From positions 1-16,136 of the forward strand of contig JAWANB010000019.1 in the NCBI GenBank assembly GCA_038895675.1: a DNA stretch of 16,136 nt. Reading direction: 5' to 3'. Made by a program: the position numbers and the translations under genes. Position 1 is the stretch's first letter. Every line of letters starts with the position of its first letter. This stretch comes from Candidatus Iainarchaeum sp. GTDB taxonomy: Archaea; Iainarchaeota; Iainarchaeia; Iainarchaeales; Iainarchaeaceae. A model generated the notes under the pieces. The model was not told the DNA's origin and made no database searches. It saw only the letters and a list, made by a program, of their open reading frames with translations. Positions 8,684 through 15,292 of the stretch are shown piece by piece.

Positions 8684-9598
8684 TTGCTAAAAAAAATTTT
8701 GGTTACTGGTAGTAGCGGAACCATAGGAACAAGGCTTTGTGAAAAGCTTATTCAAGAAGGTTTTGAAATTAGTTGTGTTGATATTGCCCCTAATAAGTGG
8801 AATAAAGAAGTTAACTCAAGAACTTTTCTATTTGATTTGAGAAAAAAAGATTTTTTTGATGTTTTGCCTTCTTTTGATTTGGTTGTGCATTTAGCAGCAA
8901 ACGCTCGTGTATATAACTTGGTTGTTGATCCATCGTTATCTCTTGATAATGTTATTACTACTTATAATGTTTTGGAATTTTGCAGGAAAAAAGGCGTGAA
9001 AAAAATACTTTTTGCTTCAAGCAGGGAAATTTATGGAAATGCTGAAACAGAAAAACGAAAAGAAATTGATGTCAAAATAGATGACTGTGAAAGCCCTTAC
9101 ACCGCCTCAAAAATTTCAGGAGAAGCTTTTGTTAGATCTTACCATAAATGTTATGGGCTTGATTTTATAATAACTCGTTTTTCTAACGTTTATGGAATGT
9201 ATGATGAGAGTGATAGGGTAATACCTTTATTTATAAGAAATTCTTTGGAAGGCAAAGATCTTTTGGTTTTTGGGAAGGACAAAAAATTAGACTTTACTTA
9301 TATTGATGACACTATTTCAGGTCTGATTGTTTTAATAAAAAATTTTGATAACGTAAAAAATCAGAGTTATAATATAGCTAGTGGTGAAGCTCACACTATT
9401 TTGGAAGTTGCTGAATTCATAAAAAAGTTGACTAACTCTAAAAGCAAAATAAAGTTTTCGAATAATAGGAAAGGTGAAGTTATAAAGTTTGTTGCTGACA
9501 TTAGCAAAGCTAAAAGTATTGGGTATTCTCCTAAAACCACTTTTGAAGAAGGCTTAAAGTTGAGTGTAAATTGGTATGTTAATGCATTGAAAAAGTGA
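8684..9598 (+). CDS. NAD-dependent epimerase/dehydratase/reductase (extended SDR) acting on a nucleotide sugar
   Basis: LVTGSSGTIG, HLAA, ASSREIYG, YTASK (YxxxK), RFSNVYG, DFTYIDD. TTG 8684 preferred because AGGTG (8673-8677) sits 6 nt upstream; GTG 8675 is the alternative. Confidence 0.9.
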   Translation: MLKKILVTGSSGTIGTRLCEKLIQEGFEISCVDIAPNKWNKEVNSRTFLFDLRKKDFFDVLPSFDLVVHLAANARVYNLVVDPSLSLDNVITTYNVLEFCRKKGVKKILFASSREIYGNAETEKRKEIDVKIDDCESPYTASKISGEAFVRSYHKCYGLDFIITRFSNVYGMYDESDRVIPLFIRNSLEGKDLLVFGKDKKLDFTYIDDTISGLIVLIKNFDNVKNQSYNIASGEAHTILEVAEFIKKLTNSKSKIKFSNNRKGEVIKFVADISKAKSIGYSPKTTFEEGLKLSVNWYVNALKK

Positions 9599-9602
9599 TC
9601 AA

Positions 9603-11030
9603 ATGGGGCAAGGCAAAATAGCTATAATAGGCGCAGGGCCAGCTGGAATGGCTTGTGCATTAGAATTGTATAAAGCAAACAAAAATTTTGTTGTTATTGA
9701 AAAAGAAAATTGTGTTGGTGGTTTGAGCAAAACTTATTCTTTTGGCAAATTTAAGACAGATAATGGGCCTCATAGGTTTTTCAGCAAAAACAAGTATCTT
9801 TATGAAATGATAGAATCGTTGTTGGGTGAAAAATGGATTAAAGTAAATAGGTTCACTCGGTTTTACATAGACGGAAAGTTTTACAAGTATCCTATAGAGC
9901 CTTTAGACGTAATATCTAAAATAAGTCCTTTAAAAGCGACTAAAATAATGTTCGACTATGTCAAAGAAAAACTAAAGCCTAAAAGAGACCCAAAAAATTT
10001 TGAAGATTACATAGTATCAAAGTTTGGCAAAACTTTGGCTGAATTTAATATTTTAAATTACACTGAAAAAGTTTGGGGTTTAAAGTGTTCTGAACTTTCT
10101 TGGGAGTGGGGAGAGCAAAGAATAAAAGGTCTTTCAATAAAAGCCTTGCTAAAAAACGCTTTTTTTAAAGGCAACAAACCAAAGACGCTTGTTGACCAAT
10201 TTTTTTATCCTGAATTAGGAACAGGAATGATTTATGAGGCAATAAGAGAAAAAGTAGAGACAAAAAACAAATTTATTTTTAATGTGGTTCCTGAAAAGAT
10301 TTTTGTCAAAGAAAAAAAAGTTGAAAAAATTGTTTTAAGTAATGGTTCTGAAATAATTAATCCTTCTTGGGTAATTTCTTCAATCCCGATAACAGAGTTA
10401 TGCAAAATAGTTTATCCAAAGCCAAGCGAAAAAGTTTTTGTTGCTTCTTCAAAACTAAAATTCAGAAGCCAAGTTTACTTGTTTATTACTATAAATAAAC
10501 CTTCTGTCGCAAAAGATCAATGGATATATTTCCCAAACAAAGAAATTCCTTTAGGCAGAATCTCCGAAATGAAAAACTTTTCAAAAAAAATGGCTCCTGA
10601 AAACAAGACTTCTTTGTTCATAGAATTTTTTTGTTGGAAAAACGATTCTTTTTGGAAAATGGAAAAAGAAGAATTGCTTTCAATAGCTTCTCATTGGCTT
10701 GAAAAATTAGGCTTGGTTAAAAATTCAGAAATATTAGATTCTTATTTGCTTAGAGAAGAATTTGTTTATCCAGTCTATGATTTAGACTACAAGAAAAATT
10801 TGAGTGTTGTTTTAGACTACTTTGATAGCTTTGATAACTTGATTTGTATAGGCAGGCCTGGCAGGTTTAAGTATACTAACCAAGACCATTCTTTGGAAAT
10901 GGGTATTTTAGCAGCAAGGTCAATAATTGAAGGGAAAAAATACGAGATTGACAAGGTAGGCTCTGAAAAAGACTACTTTGAAAAATGGCAACTCTACTCA
11001 AAAGAAAGTAATTCACAACAAAATTCGTGA
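9603..11030 (+). CDS. FAD-dependent protein, NDP-pyranose mutase (UDP-galactopyranose mutase)-like
   Basis: GAGPAG..EK...VGGL FAD motif, DNGPHRFFS, YTEKVWG, W..QRI, WIYFP....LGRISEMKNFS, YPVY, GRPGRFKYTNQDHS. The flavoprotein call is secure; mutase activity is inferred. Confidence 0.8.
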   Translation: MGQGKIAIIGAGPAGMACALELYKANKNFVVIEKENCVGGLSKTYSFGKFKTDNGPHRFFSKNKYLYEMIESLLGEKWIKVNRFTRFYIDGKFYKYPIEPLDVISKISPLKATKIMFDYVKEKLKPKRDPKNFEDYIVSKFGKTLAEFNILNYTEKVWGLKCSELSWEWGEQRIKGLSIKALLKNAFFKGNKPKTLVDQFFYPELGTGMIYEAIREKVETKNKFIFNVVPEKIFVKEKKVEKIVLSNGSEIINPSWVISSIPITELCKIVYPKPSEKVFVASSKLKFRSQVYLFITINKPSVAKDQWIYFPNKEIPLGRISEMKNFSKKMAPENKTSLFIEFFCWKNDSFWKMEKEELLSIASHWLEKLGLVKNSEILDSYLLREEFVYPVYDLDYKKNLSVVLDYFDSFDNLICIGRPGRFKYTNQDHSLEMGILAARSIIEGKKYEIDKVGSEKDYFEKWQLYSKESNSQQNS

Positions 11031-11054
11031 TTATTGCTTTGCCTTAGCGCTGAA

Positions 11055-11071
11055 CCAAAAGCCTTATTTAA
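11055..11071 (+). promoter_or_regulatory. Putative internal BRE/TATA promoter for rfbB-rfbA (leaderless)
   Basis: CCAAAAGCCTTATTTAA ends 23 nt before ATG 11094 and resembles the element at 7185-7168. Confidence 0.45.
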
Positions 11072-11093
11072 TTTGCTTAGAGATATTTTTCTA

Positions 11094-12050
11094 ATGAAAA
11101 GAGTTTTAGTTACAGGCGGTCTTGGTTTTATCGGCTCTAATTTTATTAGAGTTTTGTTGAAATCAAAAAAGTACGAAGTAATAAACCTTGATCTGATAAC
11201 TTACGCAGGTAATCCTGAAAATCTAAAAGAATTTGAGAAAAATCCTAATTACAAGTTCATAAAAGGCGATATTGCTGACAAAAAAATAGCTGAGATTGCA
11301 TTGGAGAATGTTGATTTGGTATTTAATTTTGCTGCAGAAAGTCATGTTGACAGGTCAATAAAAGACTCTTCTGATTTTATTCACACTAATGTCTTTGGCG
11401 TCAAAAACATGGTTGAATGTTCAATGAAAGCAGGCGTAAAAAGATTTGTTCAAATAAGCACCGATGAAGTTTACGGTAGCGTCGAAAAAGGTTCTTCAAA
11501 AGAAATTGATAGGCTAGAACCAAGAAATCCTTATTCTGCAACAAAAGCTTCTGGAGATTTAATAGCACTAAGTTATTTTCACACTTATGGTTTTGACGTA
11601 ATTATTACAAGAAGCTCTAACAATTATGGCCCTTACCAATACCCAGAAAAAATAATTCCTTTATTCATAACTAACCTTTTGGAAGGTAAGAAAGTTCCTT
11701 TGTACGGAAATGGAAAAAATATAAGAGATTGGCTTTACGTTGAAGATAATTGTAATGCAATACTTTTGGTTGGAGAAAAAGGTAAAAAAGGAGAAATATA
11801 TAACATAGGCGGCAACAACGAAATCCAAAACATAGAGTTAACAAAAAAAATATTGTCTTTGTTAGGCAAAAACGAGTCATGGATTCAATTTGTAGAAGAC
11901 AGAAAAGGACACGATAAAAGGTATAGTCTTGATAGCACTAAAGTAAAGAATTTGGGTTGGGAGCCAAAAAAGACTTTTGAAGAAGGTTTAAAAGAAACAA
12001 TAGAATGGTACAAAAAGAATGAAGCATGGTGGAAAAAACTCAAGAGGTAA
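11094..12050 (+). CDS. rfbB: dTDP-glucose 4,6-dehydratase (RmlB)
   Basis: LVTGGLGFIGSNF, TYAGN, FAAESHVDRSI, ISTDEVYGS, PYSATKA, NNYGPYQYPEK, RDWLYVED, DRKGHDKRY. Start at ATG 11094. Confidence 0.95.
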   Translation: MKRVLVTGGLGFIGSNFIRVLLKSKKYEVINLDLITYAGNPENLKEFEKNPNYKFIKGDIADKKIAEIALENVDLVFNFAAESHVDRSIKDSSDFIHTNVFGVKNMVECSMKAGVKRFVQISTDEVYGSVEKGSSKEIDRLEPRNPYSATKASGDLIALSYFHTYGFDVIITRSSNNYGPYQYPEKIIPLFITNLLEGKKVPLYGNGKNIRDWLYVEDNCNAILLVGEKGKKGEIYNIGGNNEIQNIELTKKILSLLGKNESWIQFVEDRKGHDKRYSLDSTKVKNLGWEPKKTFEEGLKETIEWYKKNEAWWKKLKR

Positions 12051-12054
12051 AAAA

Positions 12055-12774
12055 ATGAAAGGAGTTATTTTAGCAGGTGGAACAGGCTCAAGGTTAAGGC
12101 CATTAACCATAGTAACTAACAAGCATTTATTACCAATTTATGACAAACCAATGGTATACTATCCAATCGAAACTCTAAAAAAAGCAGGTATTACTGACAT
12201 AATGGTAATAACAGGCACAGCACATGCAGGTGATGTATTTTCTCTGTTAGGTTCCGGCAGAAACTTTGGAGTAAAGTTTACTTTCAAGGTTCAAGACGAA
12301 GCCGGTGGAATACCTCAAGCCATATCCTTAGCGGAAGATTTTGTAGGTAATGACAAATTCGTTTCAATAAATGGTGATAATATTTTGTTTGAAGATATTA
12401 CAGGCTTTGTCAAAGAATTTGAAAGAGGAAAAGAAAAGTCTAGAGTTTTAATTTACGAAACAACAAAAGAAGAAGCAAGAAAAGCAGGTGTTGCAATAAT
12501 GAAAGGCAACAAAGTAATTGAAGTAATAGAAAAGCCAAAAGAACCACCAACCAATTTTGTAGTAATAGGAGTTTACATGTACACTAAAGACGTTTTCGAT
12601 GTTATAAGAACACTAAAGCCAAGCCAAAGAGGAGAATTAGAAATAGTTGACGTGCATAATCATTACATCAAACAAAACTCTTTAGTTGCAAGCAAACTAA
12701 CTAAAGAATGGCTTGACGCCGGTTCTTTTGACGAACTATTGAGAGCAAACAACATAGTTGCCTCAAAAAAATAA
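12055..12774 (+). CDS. rfbA: Glucose-1-phosphate thymidylyltransferase (short RmlA/SpsI-like form)
   Basis: MKGVILAGGTGSRLRPLT..NKHLLPIYDKPMVYYP, GDNI, EKP, PSQRGELEI, WLDAG. GAGGT RBS overlaps the rfbB stop; start at ATG 12055. Confidence 0.9.
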   Translation: MKGVILAGGTGSRLRPLTIVTNKHLLPIYDKPMVYYPIETLKKAGITDIMVITGTAHAGDVFSLLGSGRNFGVKFTFKVQDEAGGIPQAISLAEDFVGNDKFVSINGDNILFEDITGFVKEFERGKEKSRVLIYETTKEEARKAGVAIMKGNKVIEVIEKPKEPPTNFVVIGVYMYTKDVFDVIRTLKPSQRGELEIVDVHNHYIKQNSLVASKLTKEWLDAGSFDELLRANNIVASKK

Positions 12775-12840
12775 AAAGTCTAAAAAATGTCAAAAAATAA
12801 AAAATGGTTTAAAAAAGACCTACAAAAATAGACTAAAAAA
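12773..12840 (-). terminator. Series of oligo-U tracts, probable terminator region for the minus-strand alg14-alg13-GT2 unit
   Basis: Seven A5-A6 runs on the + strand between convergent genes, read as U-tracts on the minus-strand transcript downstream of the stop at 12872. Confidence 0.5.
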
Positions 12841-12871
12841 TTGTTTACTATAAAGTCACTATTTTGATAAA

Positions 12872-13756
12872 TTATAACAAAAGTTTCCCATGTCTAATGC
12901 TTCCTAAAAGCCTACTAAATTTTACCGCAAAAACATAGTTTATTCCTAAAAACATGATTAAAAAAGCATGCAAAAGACTCTTGTTTTCCAAAAAAGTTAT
13001 ACCCCTAGGGCTACTCAAACTAAATTTTCCATTTTTTTCCCATAATCCAGTAGCTACTTTAAAATCTTGTATTGGATCAACCAAAAAACCAAATTTTATA
13101 TGAAGAAATTTCTTGCAAACTTCAGTAGGATGCTTTTTATAGAGCAAAACATCATTTTGATGGTACTTTAACCTCTTTAAAACATACTTAAAAGTATCTT
13201 GCAGACTTTTTGGATTTTCTTCCTTATGATCATGTTCATATTCAGCATCAACAAGTTTGAACTCATAACCTAAATCCATTATTTTGAATGACAAGTCAGT
13301 ATCTTCTCTGTAATACTTATAATCTTCATCATAACCCCCAACTTTCTTTAGCAATTCTTTTCTAAAAGCAGTCGAAGTTCCACCATAATAACCATAAGAA
13401 CTGACAACTCCGACTTTTTCAGAGTCAAAACCATTCACGAGTTTTTGAAGCCAATTTTTTTTTGGAACACAATCATGATCCATGTTAACTATTATTTCAT
13501 ATTTAGCCAATTTTATTCCATTGTTTCTTGCTTTACAAACTCCAAGATTTTGTTGATTAATAACCTTAATGTTATTAGCTTTTTTCTTGAATGACTCAAG
13601 AAAATCTTTAGTGCCATCAGTGCTTCCATCATTAACTACTATCACTTCATATTTGCCACTAAATTTTTGAGAAATCATTGCATTCAAGACTTTTTCAAGA
13701 GTAATCCTATTATTGTAAGTCGCTATTACAACACTCGCATTAAGATTTTTCATCAT
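12872..13756 (-). CDS. Glycosyltransferase family 2
   Basis: SVVIATYN, VNDGSTDGT, KARNNG, NMDHDC (DxD), VGGYDE..REDTDL. The start overlaps the upstream stop (ATGA coupling). Confidence 0.92.
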   Translation of the reverse strand: MMKNLNASVVIATYNNRITLEKVLNAMISQKFSGKYEVIVVNDGSTDGTKDFLESFKKKANNIKVINQQNLGVCKARNNGIKLAKYEIIVNMDHDCVPKKNWLQKLVNGFDSEKVGVVSSYGYYGGTSTAFRKELLKKVGGYDEDYKYYREDTDLSFKIMDLGYEFKLVDAEYEHDHKEENPKSLQDTFKYVLKRLKYHQNDVLLYKKHPTEVCKKFLHIKFGFLVDPIQDFKVATGLWEKNGKFSLSSPRGITFLENKSLLHAFLIMFLGINYVFAVKFSRLLGSIRHGKLLL

Positions 13757-14238
13757 ACTTTATCACTAAAAAAATTGTTCAGTATTTCTATAATATTTCC
13801 TTTCTCAAGCTTTTTCTGCTTAAAACTTTTTGCTTTGTCCAAAAAGTCTTCAAGTTCAGAAACATTATTGCACACTATTCCAAAACCTAATTCTTTAATA
13901 GTTTGAGCGAGTTCTTTTTGATGATCATCAGTGTGTTCATTAAACTCTTTTACCCTTGGCACTACAATTATTTTCTTTCCAAGCCTATTGCATTTACTGA
14001 AAGTCCCAGCTCCAGCATGCATTATAATCAAGTCAGCCCAAACTATTTTTTCGTCAAACTCTTCAATACTCAAAAAATTTTTGTTCTTAAAATTTTTTGG
14101 TTTGTAATTGCAATTTCCCACTTGCCCAAAAAATTCAAAGTCTTTCCTTTTCAACGCAATTTCGTCAATTTGTTTTATTAGCCTATCAAATTGTTGAGGA
14201 TGAGTTCCAACAGCAACAAAAACCTTGGTTTTATTCAT
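13753..14238 (-). CDS. Alg13/PssE/CpsG-like glycosyltransferase subunit (GT28 C-terminal domain)
   Basis: FVAVGTHPQQFDRLI, QVG, ADLIIMHAGAGT, VVPR..FNEHTDDHQKELA. Confidence 0.9.
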   Translation of the reverse strand: MNKTKVFVAVGTHPQQFDRLIKQIDEIALKRKDFEFFGQVGNCNYKPKNFKNKNFLSIEEFDEKIVWADLIIMHAGAGTFSKCNRLGKKIIVVPRVKEFNEHTDDHQKELAQTIKELGFGIVCNNVSELEDFLDKAKSFKQKKLEKGNIIEILNNFFSDKV

Positions 14239-14247
14239 TAAATCAAC

Positions 14248-14691
14248 TCAAAAAATACTTCCACCATAAACTCCTTTAGGGTAGAATTTTTGTAAATCTT
14301 TCCATTGATAAATGAACAAATCTGCAAAAAGATAAGCTATTTTCCCACTCTTAGAAGGTTCTTTTGTCCTGCAAAAACTTTCTATGAAAACAACCTTTTT
14401 TCCTAAAAATTTTCCTATCAAACAAGCAAAAATGCCAACGTGAGAACCAGTAGAAATTATTGCTTGTGGTTTTTCTTTCAAAATTACTTTTACACAATCA
14501 ATAAAGCTTGCCAAATAAGAAAAAAAGTTTTGAGGATAAGTAACAAAAACTACTTTCTCTTTTTCTGCAAGACTTTTAGTGTCTTGTCTTTCAAAAGTCA
14601 AAAAAAAGTGATCCTTATTTGAATAAAAGTCCTTCAAAGCCATTATTTCAGCCAAGTGGCCACCAGCAGAGCAAGCCAAACAAAGTTTCAT
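14248..14691 (-). CDS. Alg14/PssD/CpsF-like glycosyltransferase subunit
   Basis: CLACSAGGHLAE, EKPQAIISTG, VFIESFCR...PSKSGK, FIYQW..L...YP...Y.GSIF. Start at ATG 14691. Confidence 0.9.
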   Translation of the reverse strand: MKLCLACSAGGHLAEIMALKDFYSNKDHFFLTFERQDTKSLAEKEKVVFVTYPQNFFSYLASFIDCVKVILKEKPQAIISTGSHVGIFACLIGKFLGKKVVFIESFCRTKEPSKSGKIAYLFADLFIYQWKDLQKFYPKGVYGGSIF

Positions 14692-14791
14692 AAAATCAAT
14701 ACTTTTCAGCAAGATTAAAAATTAATGGGACAATAGCTTAAGAAAAATTTTTCAACTTTCTGTTAGAATATTAAAATTAAAAGGTGATAAA

Positions 14792-14974
14792 ATGCAAAAA
14801 AACGTTGGCGACCTTGATAAGTCTATTAGAATAATTCTTGGCTTACTAATTATTGCCTTAGGAATATATTTCCAAAATTGGTTAGGCGTGCTTGGCCTGA
14901 TTCCACTCATTACAGGCTTAATAAACTATTGTCCCGCCTACTCTTTATTAGGGTTCAATACCTGTAAAAAATAG
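14792..14974 (+). CDS. DUF2892 (YgaP-like) small membrane protein
   Basis: KNVG..DK.IRIILG..., GLIPLITGLINYCPAYSLLGFNTC. Strong AGGTGA RBS at 14782-14787. Confidence 0.9.
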   Translation: MQKNVGDLDKSIRIILGLLIIALGIYFQNWLGVLGLIPLITGLINYCPAYSLLGFNTCKK

Positions 14975-14989
14975 TCCACGCTATTCATA

Positions 14990-15003
14990 GAAAATATTAT
15001 AAA
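14990..15003 (+). promoter_or_regulatory. BRE/TATA promoter of the 5S rRNA gene
   Basis: GAAAATATTATAAA, with TTATAAA at 14997-15003 (-29 to -23 relative to 15026). Confidence 0.65.
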
Positions 15004-15025
15004 CATTTATTGAAAGAAATTAATT

Positions 15026-15145
15026 TGATTAGCGGCCATAGCGGCAGGGTCACACCCGGTCTCATTCCGAACCCGGAAGTTAAGCCTGCCAGCGATTAAG
15101 TTTGCCCTGTTCTTTTGAACGGAGCATCTTAGACGCTGCTAGTCA
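15026..15145 (+). rRNA. rrf: 5S ribosomal RNA (stand-alone)
   Basis: 120 nt. Terminal helix TGATTAGCGGC/GCTGCTAGTCA; conserved GGCCATAGCGG, ACACCCGGTCTCATTCCGAACCCGGAAGTTAAGCC; GC-rich island in an AT-rich background. Confidence 0.96.
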
Positions 15146-15146
15146 C

Positions 15147-15168
15147 TTTTCTACTTTTTTGTTTTCTT
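15147..15168 (+). terminator. Oligo-T terminator after the 5S rRNA
   Basis: TTTTCTACTTTTTTGTTTTCTT directly follows the 5S 3' end. Confidence 0.65.
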
Positions 15169-15209
15169 GATTTAGTTAATGGCAATTACTCCTAATTTTC
15201 CTAATTAGT

Positions 15210-15289
15210 TTTTTAAAGCGTTTTTAAATACCTTTATAAAGATTTGTTAGCGGTTAATTTACAGCCTTTTAAAAAGGCAGGAGCGAGGA
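15210..15289 (+). promoter_or_regulatory. tbp promoter/leader: TATA-like boxes, inverted repeat and RBS
   Basis: TTTTTAAA at 15210 and 15221, TTTATAAA at 15233-15240, inverted repeat GCCTTTT-A-AAAAGGC at 15264-15278, GAGGA at 15285-15289 before ATG 15293. Confidence 0.5.
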
Positions 15290-15292
15290 TTA

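Noticed and set aside
9603..11030. Annotation as protoporphyrinogen oxidase or amine oxidase
   Set aside because: Only the FAD fold is shared. The motifs (NQDHS, YTEKVW, WIYFP) and the nucleotide-sugar context favour a pyranose mutase-like role.
11034..12054. Longer N-termini given by the ORF track for rfbB (11034) and rfbA (12019)
   Set aside because: Family homology begins at ATG 11094 and ATG 12055. The extensions cover a promoter-like element and the rfbB 3' end respectively.
11671..14622. Short ORFs 11671..11880, 13667..13906, 13903..14181, 14097..14279, 14440..14622
   Set aside because: Antisense overlaps of rfbB, GT2, alg13 and alg14; expected by chance.
14742..14753. Perfect 12-bp palindrome GAAAAATTTTTC between divergent alg14 and DUF2892
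   Set aside because: Low-complexity A/T runs in AT-rich DNA; no second intergenic copy noticed and no regulator gene nearby.
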